From contig ADNK01003062.1 of the NCBI GenBank assembly GCA_000320545.1, forward strand, positions 1-54,111: 54,111 nucleotides of DNA, written 5' to 3'. Source of the DNA: Bigelowiella natans CCMP2755. Its lineage: Eukaryota > Protista > Cercozoa. Below, in pieces: positions 1 to 14,752 of the stretch (its first letter is position 1; each line of letters starts with the position of its first letter). The notes under the pieces were generated by a model. That model was not told where the DNA came from and did no database searches. It was given only the letters and a program-made list of their open reading frames with translations. The position numbers were made by a program, and so were the translations under genes.

Positions 1-397
1 ACACCTCTTCAACAAACGTCGACAGTCGGTGCCCTGAACAACTTGGCAACGACATTCAAGACCGGGAACTTGGTCCCTAGTTAAAACGTGCCAAATCAGG
101 GAGAGTTCTAACCAGAACTTTCACTTCAATCACTTGTAAGCGAGAAAAAAGGGGAGAAATAAATAGGCGCATAGATATATATCTATATATATATATATAT
201 ATACCTATACATATCTAGATCATAGACGATCTGTAATGATGTACCTAGTCAACTACTGTCCCAATTTCCAGCTCCAACGACTAGTCCCTGCAACGCGCTC
301 ACTCACGGCATCGATCATGCCTCTGTGCATTCGCACGGTTACACACGCGCGTCTCTATGGCTGCAGCGTGGCATCACTCTATCTTTACATGGATATA

Positions 398-400
<3 letters not shown>

Positions 401-475
<75 letters not shown>
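401..475. repeat. (AT)n microsatellite
   Basis: Pure ATAT run of about 75 nt. One of many (AT)n, (GT)n, (CAT)n, (TAG)n and (GAG)n tracts in the window. Confidence 0.95.
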
Positions 476-479
<4 letters not shown>

Positions 480-673
480 TATATTTAGGTATCTGCCGAA
501 ACAATTTTTTTAATTTTTTAAGATTTATAGTATCTATTAAATTTTAATAATATATTTTCTTTGGATTCATTGTCAAATAACCCATATGTCCGAGTTTTTT
601 TTATGTATTACTTTGAAATGATAGTAGAAACTTAATACCATAAAAAATCTTGAATTTGAATTCAAATTCATGT

Positions 674-712
<39 letters not shown>

Positions 713-3641
713 TCTAGTTTCTAATTCAATAGTGCGGTATATAGGGATTGTACAGATAATATATTCTTGTTATTCTTGTATATATTCTTTTACCGATATA
801 AAATAATACAATATAAACAATACTGGTAACTGCCAGAAATGATAAATGATAGCCAAAGAAAAAGAAATATGTTGATCAAACCACAAGCATTTTCATGCGC
901 GTTGCACTGAATGTCAACCGGTTTTATTTTTGACTTTATACAGTTAATAACTCTGTCTGACTATATATAATTAGTTAACCATAAACTACGTGGTTCAAAA
1001 GTAATCTGCAATGCCTGTGTTTCGAATCATCTATTGATTGCTCGGCTAAGTAACTGCATCGCATTGCAGAGTGAGACTATGAATGCATCATTCTACTCAT
1101 GTGTGTGTTAAAACATGGAGCATGCCCATTGACACGTAATCCATTCCAACTGCAATCAAATTTACAAGAGTGCAGTCTGCTTTAAGAAACCTAAAGAAAG
1201 TTTATCATAACTATTTAAGTGCATCGTCTAAGACGGTAATTCCAGGGTTACGTCGATGATCCCATGATGCATGTAAAAGTTTAATTAAAATGCATACAGC
1301 AGTGTTCTTGCAGCGGAGAGAACAACAGTCAAAATTTCCCCACATCTTCGGGGATTATCGTAGGTTCAAAATGCACAATCGCATCCATTTCGGCCTTGTC
1401 CCAGTCGAAAATTGAGGTTCGCTTCATCACACCTGAAGAACGATGCTCCTTGATTATGACATTACCCAGATCGAGCGGCTCTGCTGCTGCAAATTCTCCC
1501 CTCAGTCCAATGAGAAAAGAAATAAGTTTCTTTCATCGGCTGAGATTCTCCAAGTAGAATTATGATTGATCGATTTTTTTTGGATCTCTCCACCGACTCA
1601 TGGGCATGCGCTGTCAGCGATTGCTGGAAAAGCAATGTTGATCTTCACAGTCAATCGTGCTATGTCTCTTATGAATATTTTCTGGATGTTTAAAGTGGGA
1701 AACATTGCAAATTTGACTGATCATGTGACAGATCCGTGGATTCACAAGCTCATGCGCAATGTGCACACTTAGTACTGCTCGTAACAATGCGCATGGAGAT
1801 GTTATCTCCATCTCAAGCTTCATCGCACCGCGGGAGACCAGCATGGAGATGCGTATGCAAAATGCATTATGTGACCTTTTGAAGCTGTGTGTCATTGATC
1901 ATTTAGGCATCGCAGTATGTGTGTGTTTGTCAACTGACTTGTCAAGAATGTACCCAATCAAAACGTCAAAATCTCTTCCTTCTATCTGTTTGATTCTTAA
2001 TTACTATCTCATCAGTTCTTGCTTTAGCTAGAGAACAATTAAAATCACATGCGGTGCTTACTAAATAACTCATCTACTCAATATCATGTTTTTTTGAAAA
2101 TATTGGTGTATGTGACACTCGAGTATGTTCATTTTATTTAATAAAAAGGTAACAGTACTTGGAGGATCAACAAAGGGGAAATTATCTTCATCCAAGTGTA
2201 ACTAAGGGGTTTGTAGTTAAGTGTTTGTAAAAAGTAGTTCTAAAAAACAATTCCTTGTACATAATTTTGTTTATTGAGATTATTTTGGTTGTGTGATATG
2301 TGTGAATGATAATGTCAATGATCCTGTTGATCAACAACCATGAGCAGCGCAGCCTTGATGTTACTGTGCGGTTTGCCTATTGCATTTTGAGTGCCAAATT
2401 ATCTAAATATGTCCTCCTCACTATACTCTTCTTTCAAGAACATTTATCTAGCCATAACATCAAATGAATTACTCACCTCTGAGCCTCTGAGTACCCTCAT
2501 TCACTTCGTAAAAATTTCCACTTTTTGGCATCGATATATTTAATAAGTTAAGCATATTTTCTTATCTTTCTTGCCCACCATTGGAAGTCGTTTAACTTAC
2601 TTAAAGAAATCTTAGTCCCTTGTCAAGAACATGGCCCACCTGTGACTTCAATTTCCCTGGTGATTTGTTTGACCAAAGCTCGATCACCTAGAAGATGTAT
2701 CCATTGATGCTACTAACATCCATTTAGGGTACGCTGCAATGAGAGGAGTCAACATACTACTTTCTGGTACATCTTGTTTGTTTTTGGTTTTTACCTGAAT
2801 ATTTTCTGGTTCATTCTTGATCTTAATGCTTGTTCTCCACGGCGTAGTTGAAGTAATGAATTCTGAAAACTCACACACTCTCCAGATTGCTATCCGTGGT
2901 GAACCACTCAAATGTTGCCTTGATTTTGCAAAGGAAGTGAAGCCATTGGTCGCAACTGAAGAATCCACAACCACCTTCCGAAAAGGAGAGTATTTCATTC
3001 AGATTGGGTGTTACCACACCTGATATATTTGTTTCAGCTACCCCCCTCCCTTCGTTACGTTTTTTGTGAGCGATCTGTTGCTGTCATTGGTGCAGAGTAG
3101 CAGTACACATACGTAGGTAGACTAAAAAATGGTGAATGAACTTTCGGTCGTCAGAACGGGGAAGAAAATTAGGTGAAACTGCCAAAATGAGCATCATCAT
3201 CATGTAGAGCTTGCTTGCTTGCTATTCTAGATCTAGTCGTCAATCACAGTGTATGATAATAGATCATTAGATCTACATTATTAGAGTTGTTATTATTATT
3301 CGCCAGTACTATTAACAAAAGGAAGTAATAAGTAGTACTTCCTTTTCCTCCTTAGTGGTGATTCTTGGCTTCTTAAATTGGACCAAAATTTCAAAAATAT
3401 TTGAAAATCCTCGGAGTTTTGATTTAAGCGACAATGAATTCGAGTAGTTTTCAGTTTTCCGATATTAAACCATTTAAAAAGATACTTGTATACGAGTACT
3501 ACGTGTTTGAAGAAGAGCACTGTCTGCACTGTCTGCACTGTCTGCCTGTGCCTCCTCCCTCTGGGTTCCGGCTACAGACACTTTCTGCACCTACCTCCCG
3601 TAGAATCTAAAACACCACGTAGCTCAATCTCAGCACTCATC

Positions 3642-4975
3642 ATGTTATCAGGTGAGCAGCGCAATGAGACCTCCGTGCACTTCGTCACCTACGGGGACAT
3701 TGACTTTTCGCTGGAAGCCGGAAAGGATCTCACGAACGCCGTTATCGTTTCCTTGGGAAACACAAAGTTTCAGAAACTGGGAGGCTCAGGGGTTCGCTGC
3801 ATTATCCTAGAGTTGGACAAGGATATCAGAAAGATAAGAGATTCCGCAGGGCCAGCCTCTTTGAAAGAGCTTAACGTTGTTGAGCATAACAAAGTTACAT
3901 CAGCAGCAGCAACAGCAGCTGCAGCAACTAGGAAACTGGAGCGCCGACAAAACTGCTGGTTATTACATCCATTTTCCGTCAAAGCCAGGGTTCGTTCAGA
4001 GAAACAGGTACGTACCTCTGTTTCCTGGATCAACCATTCCATCAGTAATGTGGCCTCCAGTGTTGAAGAGTGCGACTGTGCAAAGACATCACTGATTTTC
4101 GGGTGGAATGTGGATAGGAAACGGCGTGGTGGTCGTGGAAAAGACCATTTAAGTTGCAAAGAGTTAGTGTTTGAAAAAGATGGCATTACAATAAAGATGT
4201 GTGGGAATGCTGGATACTGGGTAGTTGAAGAATATAGTGATGTCAAACCGTGTATATTCATGATCTTATCTATTTTTTTCAACCACAGATTCCCAAAAGG
4301 GACCACAATCCTAATGGAATCATGCGCCTTCGCGTCGACAGTGGAAGTCGTACAAAGACTTTGAGTGATTTTCAAATTGATTCGAATATAAGAATCACTG
4401 CCGTAAAATGTGGATACATACAAGATAGCGCGTATGGAGTTGGTGTTGTTCTCCAACATAGCTTTGAGATTTTTGGGGAGAATACCGGCGTTAAGCGAAA
4501 TTCTTCCATTCCACTGCAATCCCAGCATTCAACTCAGAGGGAAGAATTGAGATTGCCAAGGAGGCATCAGATACAAAACTATACAGCACCCCATCCTTTC
4601 ATGATCCGGAAGACTATATCGAATAAGCGTGCTTGGGATGTAGAGCTAAACAGTAGCATGGATAAGAAGAGGCGTTTCGTATCCCATTTGGGTAGAGAAA
4701 TTGTATACGATGCTCAGTTTCCAAAAAATATGTTAACCTACAAAGAAGAGGTTTTGATGTCACCGGACAGGTCCTTTCCTACAGCGTATTCTTCAACTCA
4801 TATCAATCCGCCGAATAAACTTCGTAGTCCTAAAATGCCGTTGAGAAGTACAACTGTTGTGGATGCATATGATCCTCTTTTAAAACTTGCTGACATATTT
4901 CATACCCAAATTCTACACAGCAGCAACTACGACAACAGTAAAGTATGTTGCTATGATGGTCAACGAATATATTAA
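3642..4975 (+). CDS. Hypothetical protein, probably spliced
   Basis: Two overlapping non-repetitive ORFs (3486-4364, 4250-4975) join in frame through a GT..AG intron at 4221-4288 (..GYW|IPKRDH..). No recognisable domain; ends uncertain. Confidence 0.35.
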
Positions 4976-5870
4976 AATAGTCTATTTTCGCATGTCTACG
5001 TCTATTCTTGAACTCTAATGCAATTAAACTATGTTCTATCGAATAGAACACGGCCATGCACTACCGCGACTTCTAGTTCGCATTTATCGCAGAGGACTAA
5101 GGGAGGCCATAGATCAACAGACCCGCCGACAAGTCGCTTGCTTGGAATATGGTCTTCGTTTCCATGCCATGCAGGTGCATTCAAGTGAGCATATGCGCAC
5201 TTGTAATAATCATGACGCCAGTTGTGGACAAATTTTAAAATGAATGCCACATGTATTGGCTAGGTTGCTTTTGAAAGTATTTATCTACTTATGCACGCGC
5301 ATATTGTTGGTGCACAACCACCGACATCTAGACATGAGTGAAGCTCAGATGGTGCTAGACGACTAACTCTGGAGCTGTATGATCGGCACTTCTGGCGATG
5401 AGATCTATAACTGAGGGACGAGCACATGCGTGATGAACATGGTTGGTACTAGCTAGCTAGGGTAATAATCCAACAGCTCTAGTAGAGCTATGCTAGTACT
5501 AGAGTAACTTACGGTTGATGCATGATAATAGACATAGTAATAGCATATATAATATATATATGATATTACGTGTCTATAATCATGTTGTCGCACTTGCTAG
5601 CTTGTGGCACAACTAGGACTAGAGGACAACACCACAGCTCTACTAGATGTGATAGCATTTCCAGCAATTATCTCGGTCATGTCGATCTGCTGCCAGCAAA
5701 CGTCGTGCAAAAGTATTTACGCATGTAAATCCATAAATGTATTGACGTGGAAACGCAACCGTGAGTAGTGTGCTCTAGTGCTTCACACGCACACATGCAT
5801 GCAATCTAGCAATGCAGATTGAGCGGGATGGAACCATTCCATGATCATTTAAAAATGACTTTGTTCTCTC

Positions 5871-6815
5871 TTAAACTGCGGAAAACTTCTTCTTGCTTAT
5901 TAGTCGCCTCTTTCCCTTAAATAATCAAATATCCACCGATAGCAACACAAAATATCAAGAAATATGTGAGTCATTGTAAACTTCCAAAATATATGTCTGT
6001 TCCTTGAAATACGGTGATTAAAAACATGATAAACATTAACCTTGGCTTTAGATTTCGGCTTTGCAAATGACACCTTTTCAGCTTTCTACACAAAGTATAA
6101 GGCACTATCAAGACTTTCTCAAGAGCAGTAGTAAGTAGTACAATTTTCATGAAATAGCTACAACACTAGAACAATTTGATAATAGGGTTAGGGTTAGGAA
6201 CAGGAAAGTAAGAAAAATTGTCATGTAGGTGGGTGTTGTGCATTCATTATGAGCCTCCTCCTTCCCCCTGCTCGCAATCTTCTTTCATGACAAATTGTAC
6301 ATGCAAAAGAAAGAAATTGTATATGCAAAAGAAACATAATGGAAGGAACTACTACTTAAAAGGAGGCCTACTATGCATACTAGGTAGTAGCAACAAGCAT
6401 ACTACTACTACTACTACTACCACAACTACTAGTAGTCGTTCATATTTTAAAAACTTGCACAGCTGGTTAAATGTTTGTTTTGAGATTATCGATCAGCTGA
6501 CCTTAGGATAAAGCTCATCCATGACAACTCTGATGACGAAGTAGATGAAGAACAAGGAAATAACAGATAACAATCAACGGACAAACAACTCATGTATTTC
6601 CAAACACATCAATAAACTAATTATTACCGATCTGTGAGTTCTTGCGATGTACTTGCTTCGTACTAAATATATCAACAATATTATTACAAGTATGGTGATG
6701 ATGATAATCCCAGACGGAGTTTTGTTATGATAATGATAATAGTGATGATGATGCTCATGATGCTTATCATAAATAGTATTATTGTTTTTAAAAATCCACC
6801 TATATTTTTTTAAAT

Positions 6816-6860
<45 letters not shown>

Positions 6861-6920
6861 GATATGTATATATTTTAAATAAACACACAAATTATGTCTT
6901 GATATCTTAATATATATTAT

Positions 6921-6958
<38 letters not shown>

Positions 6959-7514
6959 TATTATACTACAAGCACCTTGTTGGTCACGGTAATCTCTAAT
7001 TTTTCGATGACACTCAATACCTTAACCGTAACAACACTTGAATAATCAGAGATATTTGCGACTCTCTATGTATATTCTCAGAATACGAAAATGTTGTCTT
7101 TCAACAACAAAGCAATCGGTAATTGATGATGATGATGATGGGGGGGGGGGATTGAACATGATTCTCGATCTCTTCTTAATATTTTAAGTGATTGTGATCC
7201 GAAAAGTGTTGCTGCTGTATTGCTGCTATGAGAGGAGGAGTTGGTTCAGTGACTTATATATGTTTGAAGTATTAAATACAACAACACACACACATTACAA
7301 TGTGTACATGGTCATTCCCTTCACGTAGTAATAACAACACCCACCCTTTTTCAACAAATACGAAGAAAAAAGATCGAGTAAAGACTTCTATACATGCTAT
7401 TACTACTAATACTAATACGTATACTAAAACTATACCATAGACTTGCAGGTGGAATACATCATTTTTTGCCTTGGATTAGCGTCATCAGGACAATAGTAGA
7501 TAAATACTGTGAAG

Positions 7515-7551
<37 letters not shown>

Positions 7552-7722
7552 AAACATAGGGAAGCAGCAAGCAAAAAAACAAGCAACAAACACCGATGCA
7601 ACAGGCCATAATAAGTTTTAACAATTACAATAATGGTGGGAAGAACGACTCAGCACTCTCTTGCCACCAGCCAGGAAGTATTCGACGAGAAACAACTCTT
7701 CTCTAGCATCCTCTCCCCCCCC

Positions 7723-7790
<68 letters not shown>

Positions 7791-8982
7791 GCAAACACAA
7801 TTATTTTCAAGTCTTTCTTCTCTTTTAAAGATGCAACGTCATATGTTGACAATCTCCAAGACTATTGTGATATTATTGTTACATTTATTTCAGAGTGTGC
7901 TCAATATTTAACATCATCTGTCGTTTTTGTCTTCTATTTTTTGTAATGAATCTATCTTAACGCACACATGGCATCCTTGGTTTTCCCTTCGAATTTGTGA
8001 GAATAGCGGTGCAACACATAGCGTGGCTCCTTCTGCGCCATACAAACCTGCAATAATGGGTATTGATAATGATGATGCAAATATGATCATGGTGACTAAC
8101 AGAAACATATCAAAAACAAGAATAACATCGCACAAATGATTTATCATACTAGGGTACTACTACTACTGCTGCTATGAGTTGCTGGTGTTATGAGTTAATA
8201 AACATCATCTATCACAAGTGACAGAAAATCAATATGTGCTGCTTTCACGTCACTTTCATCTGGAATATCATCACTGTTTAGAATTTTAATGATAACAACG
8301 AATTTGACCTCATAAATGGTAATATTAATTAATAAAATATGAAGAAACACTACTCTTACAACCTTCTGTATATCCTCCATAGCCGCATTCTGCTACGATA
8401 TGTACATTAATTAGAAGACTTAAAATTGTTTTTCTTAACTTATAAACACAAATGTGTATACTTGGGGGGGGGAAGGGGGTGGGAGAGAATCAAAAAGCAA
8501 TCGCGAGAAATATATACTACTATATTTGAATGACAACAAGACAGAACAAACCTTCACAGTAACTTTGCTATCATGAAGAAGCTCTTGCGTCTTTGAATTG
8601 AGTAGCAGAATGGCCTTATTACCTGATTAGGTGAGATCAATGTAAAACAAACCTACCAATGTCTCGATGATGTGGTGTCGTTGGAGATAGTAAGTCTTAC
8701 TTATTTTAGCTTTTACAGAAGACAGAGCGGCGTTAGCCTCTTTCGAAACCGTAATTGGCACATCTGGAGATCAGACACCATTGATTTGTAAAACAAAAAC
8801 GGAAAAACAGGACTAGATCACTCATTTCTAAGACAAAAAACAGGAGAAATTCACCACAATACTCCCACAATTGTCATTCACATTATGATCAAGTCAATCA
8901 CATCATTATTATCTTCCAATGCTATTTTATACACTAATTGTATCTTCTTCCTTGAATAAGAAACGACTATAACATTGTGTAA

Positions 8983-9017
<35 letters not shown>

Positions 9018-9018
9018 A

Positions 9019-9054
<36 letters not shown>

Positions 9055-9302
9055 TACAATACGCTGGGCATTCGTTCGACAAAGAAGTAGCAAAATTTAG
9101 CATATTAGAATGTAATAAATAATATCAAAACTAACACAGTTTATATTCCATATTCTATATTTGAATTTATCATTAATTTGATAATCGGCGATTGGTCGAT
9201 CGATGTTGACCAACACACTACTACTAGAAGAATATATACTACCTGCAACCGTTAGAGCAAATCCATCTGACATAGCCAGTATCTCACCTCGAGTCTGTGC
9301 CC

Positions 9303-9338
<36 letters not shown>

Positions 9339-11054
9339 GATAGTAATGGTGATGAACATCATGATGATGATGATGATGATGATGATGATAATGGTGAAAC
9401 ATATTATAATACGCGTGTGTTAAATAATTACAAGTTTTATTGTAGAAGAAGAGAAGGAATAATCTACTGCTCTAAAACGTTGCGTTACCATCCAAAATAA
9501 TTCAAATTAATACCTGTATCTCTACCCTAGGAAATAAGACAACAAACTAAAAATTACCGCCTCGTCCTTTGCCTGCTCTTGGAATGTCATCAGCTCGTTT
9601 TTATCCATCTTTTTCATATGTAATAAACATGGTCATCAGCTCGTTTCTATTTATCTTTATTATATGCAATTAAAAATATGATGATGATGATGATGAGGAG
9701 GAGGAGGAGGAGGAGGAGGAACAAATTGATCAGATCCGTTGATCTATTTCTACCTTCGCACGAGACTTCAAAAAGGCTTGCAGAGTCAGTTCATCCTGAC
9801 GAGATTATACAAGGAGAGAATGTTTATTATTCCAATGTTTGATGATCATAAAGATTCGAGAATTTGTATGCATACGAAGTCTACGTATATGTATGTACCA
9901 ACCTTATCAGAGATGAAATAGTCTTCGCTGAGGGATGAACTTCCAAAGTCGTTTTTAATTGCCGCCCTTGACGACGCATACAACATCTTCGAGTTTACTC
10001 GCGCAGAATCTGGCATGTATTGTGATAGCACCCATTTTCCGTCGTTGTTTGGAGTTGGATCACGGAAGAAAACTACGTACAGGAGGGGGAGGAGGAGGAG
10101 GAGGAGGAGGAGGAGGAGGAGGAGGAGGAGAATCAGGAGGATGAGGAGGAGGAAGTGAGGAGCATTATGTGATGATCAAAAGTATTAAAAGAATACGGCA
10201 CAAGAATGCAGATACTACATACTAGCTCAGGTGATAGCTAGATTAAATGAATGCAGTTTCTTTGTAATTATGGGGAAAGTGGTTTGCAATTTATATATCA
10301 TCTATATGTGGCAACGAGGTGCGTATTGTACTACACATTAGGTATGTCTATTCTTATTACTATAACAAGCAACTTTGTCCTCCAATGCTTGCTGCATTTG
10401 CTGCGTGTGAAGAATAAGACATCATTTCAACTAGAACTTCTTCAACGCTCAAGCAGAAATTACAACTCGTGACTGCTACGAGAGTGATAGCCCGAAATAT
10501 TTTAAATTAATACTTTTATTATGTGTGAATATTATACCACAGAGTGGGACACATGCACATACGATTTATGCAATAATAAAATGAACGATGATGGTGGGCA
10601 AAATTCTGTAACATATCGTACAGCTTCAATGAGAAATTTGGGATTGCTGTCGAATCCAAACTTTGATGAAATGTTAGTGTCATCATCATCATTTCGCTCC
10701 TGACTTTAAAGTCATCCTCTTTAGATCCTGTCTTTTGACCAGAGGTTTTGAAGACGAAGTTTTCGTTTTTAATCTTAGCGATAAACATCAGAAGTGAATG
10801 CCTTATGACATGAACTTACGCATTGCATTCTCTTATCTCTTTGTTAGGTTAATGATACCTCGACTTTAAAGAAGGGGATAGATCCCAGCTTCATTTCCTT
10901 AAATTTCTCCTTTAGTCCATCATCAGCTTATAATTTTAGGAATAATAGAATATTCAGTTCAAGGATCGTATGGGGACAACGGGGCAAGGGTCGATGCACT
11001 GCCTAAATATCAGCGTTGTAGAGTTCACCCACCTTTGATTCCACTTCCGTGCAT
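5871..11054 (-). CDS. TWF: Twinfilin (two ADF-H domains), about 18 exons
   Basis: Exons assembled with GT-AG boundaries: MHGSGIK|ADDGLKEKF..|IKNENFVF..|..WVLSQYMPDSARVNSKMLYASSRAAIKNDFG..|..KEPRYVLHRYSHKFEG..|LFIYYCPDDANPRQKMMYSTCKSM|..MDELYPK|KAEKVSFAKPKSKAK|GKRRLISKKKFSAV*. The KMLYA and KMMYS motifs and the FAKP..GKRRL tail are twinfilin hallmarks. Confidence 0.9.
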
Positions 11055-11718
11055 CTTACTTGATCTGACCAAAAGGTAAAATTACTTATATCGCTCAAAT
11101 TATTGTGTTGCCATGTGAAGAAAGGAGATTCACATTAGCCTCCATACCCGTCTCCTGTTTGAGAAGTATCTGACTTAGCGGATAGATTCAGAACATGGAG
11201 TTTTCTGTCTGGAGCTTACTTAAGCCATTTGGGTTCAATACGTCAAGTATAATTCCTAAAAAATAGATAAAATGCCATTTAATTTTAAAAAGGACGATGA
11301 AGAATGAACCTGACCGTTCTGAAATCAAAATCCCAAATGGAAGTTCGCATTTGAAAAGATGAAAGCGAAACTTCAATCGGATTGCCCTACATTTAGATCT
11401 GCATAATATGGGCTACGTGACATGCTACGAGCGCTATACGGAAAAGGAAAAAGAAAGATACTTGTTTGACGCATGATTAAATTGGCCTCTATTTCGAATA
11501 AAAGTTCTTCCAGAGAACAGAATCGAACTGCAACTGTATAGAAAATATCCGATAACCATCATTTGTCATCATCATCCCAGGTGGGAGGAGGACGGGGAGG
11601 AGGAGATACACGTCTCAGGCACTTCGGAGATCAGCCACAGAACCAAGAAGCAGTTTCTCTGCACAATATCCTGCTGTTCCCCATCATCATCATCACTCAG
11701 CATCTTCAGCAACAACAG

Positions 11719-11749
<31 letters not shown>

Positions 11750-11751
<2 letters not shown>

Positions 11752-12507
11752 GTCCAATCATCATTCTTATTCGCCATATAACACGTTCGAAGAAACTGGC
11801 CGAATCAACCAATATCATGTAACAGGAATAAACCTTGACTACTTGAATTTACATAATATTATTTTTGGCATGCTAGCTTCATATTCGTTTATTCTACAGG
11901 TTGTCAGTAGCAGCCAAAGACGACGAAGACGGCGACGACATTACAAGCGATTAATCATTGTCATTGCGTCTCTTGTGTATGCTTTTGCTGGGTTCAATTC
12001 TGCATTGGCAGATAATCTTCTTGGACCTTCGCTCGAAGCATGCTCTATTCAAATTGGGTGCAAGGAAGACATAACAAGTCAGAACATATATTTAATGCAA
12101 ACCAAGAATGCGCGTTTCCTCTTTTTCTTCATTATCTTCTTCCTCATTATCTTCTTCCTCATTATCTTCTTCTTCTTCTTCTTCTTCTTCTTCTTCTTCT
12201 TCTTCTTCTTCTTCTCATGGAAAACTAACACATTAGATTTGCGCCGCATTGACAATACGCATGTCCATTATCCACTACGCTCTCTCTGGAAGAAAATCAT
12301 CAGCCCTTTTTTCCGCTCTTCTTTCTTCTCAAGAAAACCCATCGGAGACAGCAGCAGCAGCGGCAGCAGCAGCAGTCACTTGCTAAGAAGAAAGAAGAAG
12401 AGGCTTGGCGATGAAGGGAGTGCCCACGGCGATTACTTCTCTTCTTCTTCTTCCCTCCTCCAGCATGATACTACTACTAGGGTTACGAGTAATCATGATG
12501 GTAGTAG

Positions 12508-12545
<38 letters not shown>

Positions 12546-12651
12546 ATAGCATATGTCCTGAGATGAGTATTGCTCTTACAATGGATCGAGTTGGAGCTTT
12601 CGTATCAATACTTATAGACGTCTCACTAGCAAGTGCTACTTCACAAAGATG

Positions 12652-12685
<34 letters not shown>

Positions 12686-13000
12686 CTAATCGGAGTGGTA
12701 GTAATCGTATGGTAGTAGGGTTGGCGTGTGGTGATAAATGAAGGGGAAATGTAATGAGGTGGTGGTGGTTATATATGAATTCACGAGTGAAAACAGCAGC
12801 CTACAACACGACGTTAAATGTCGAGTGAAAGCGGCGATAAAGAAGGGAGCAGCTCGTATATTTATATGTATATTTAAATAATTTATGCATACTACTACTA
12901 CTACTACTACTACAACTACTACTACAACTTTACAGGCTTGGAGTTCGCTTAGATTCCCACCACGCGCTATTTTTGGCAATGATTAGCATTCCGATAGGTG

Positions 13001-13049
<49 letters not shown>

Positions 13050-13442
13050 CGCTGTTATTATTATTTTAGTCTGGTACTAATACACAATTTAGCTCTTTTT
13101 TACCCACTATCTGGAGAAAGACGGGCAGATGTAGGCATGTCGCTGCCTCTGCACACGTATTCGTTGCATTTCTAGTTGTTAATCTTACGTTTGTTTTTTA
13201 ATTGTTGTTTTGGGCTCCTCCTCCTCCTCCTACTACTACTACTAATACTTCTTCGTACCCTTGGTAACACAGGTGAGCTATTTATAGCAACAGCTACAGT
13301 TGCCACACAGATGCAGTTAGGATTCTTCCTCGTTGGGCTTGGAAATGGGCTTGGACTTATGGAGGCTACAGCTCTTTTACTGCCTGTAAGGAGTCGTAGT
13401 ATTAGTAAGTAGTAGTAGTGGTGGTGGTGGTAGTACTTGTAA

Positions 13443-13481
<39 letters not shown>

Positions 13482-13568
13482 CTCTTTTTCTGTACACCAT
13501 AATTTCTAATTACTGATAATACTCAGAAGAACATACAAAAATATTTTTCCTGTTTTTGCCGTTTCAAG

Positions 13569-13609
<41 letters not shown>

Positions 13610-14575
13610 CATAAAGGTGCATGAGAATGATCCTGAAGCTGTAGCATACTGGGTGAGCGTTGTCCATGCCCTTTCTGGTCTAGGTAACTACTTCATAAAT
13701 CAAAGCAGTGTGTTAAAAAATGATGAAGAAGAAGAATATGAGATAATGCTCTTCCTAGTATATGTCAAAAATCAAAGGGGGTTTGGATAGTAGTCTAAAG
13801 AAATTATAGAGGGATTGGAGCTCAAGTAGTAGTAGTAGTCTAAAGAAACTTTTCACAGTGATCTGGAACTACTACTGCTGCTACTATTTCTTCTTCTTCT
13901 TCTTCTTCTTCTTCTTCTTCTATGCTCTAATTTGAACATGGAGTATCTTCTGTAGTGCATTGTCTCCTCCAGCTTTGATAAAAGTTTGTGCGAGCAGTTC
14001 CTGACTCATTTCTATAGAATCTAAATCAATAAATATAATATTGGTGAAGGAGAAGGGTTACTGAAGTGATGAAATATAAAGCTACTACTACAGATTTGGG
14101 CCTTGTAATTGGATAAATAATATTGTTGGTGATGGATACTGAATAATGTGCATTGTGTGTGTGTGTGTGTGTGTGTGTGTGCTACGTTTAACTGTTGGTA
14201 GGAGCATTTCTAGGTCCACAACTCATATCGTTCTCGCAACCCAATCTGAACAATGCAAGAATGCTTTCAGCCATCATGTGCCTTCTCGTAGCACTTATGT
14301 GCATAATTCTTCCATTTTATATCGACGCAACTGCTACTCGTCCTCTCGGAAATTCGGTGGTAGTTTTCGCTACTACAGAAGAAGGAGGAGGAGGAGGAGG
14401 AGGAGGAGGAGGAGGAGGAGGGGAAGGAGGAGCAATAAAAGAGCAGCAAGAGGAGCAGAAAGATATGCTACTAACTCGATGTGGCACTGACCATCTGCAG
14501 CAGCACCATCGAGCACTGGTGGGTTTTTCCTTTCCTGACTTTTCCTTTAAACTATTATTGTGATAGTTATGGAAG

Positions 14576-14611
<36 letters not shown>

Positions 14612-14721
14612 GTGATACGAATAAGTAAAGAGGACAGATAGGTTTGTTAACACAATTACAACCACATACATGCAGCATATACATTGAGAAAGTACACATC
14701 ATATCTTAAGCTCTGTTAGGT

Positions 14722-14752
<31 letters not shown>

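Noticed and set aside
236-547. ORFs with YIYIYI, and similar poly-residue ORFs throughout
   Set aside because: Translations of microsatellites.
1200-3023. Protein-like fragments (minus 1330-1895; plus 2570-3023)
   Set aside because: Interrupted by stops and frameshifts with no identifiable homology. Possibly relics, but I cannot support a call.
3770-4528. 252-aa minus-strand ORF
   Set aside because: Antisense shadow of the plus-strand ORFs with no domain features.
6183-6198. Interstitial TAGGGTTAGGGTTAGG
   Set aside because: Under three units inside a twinfilin intron; too short to interpret.
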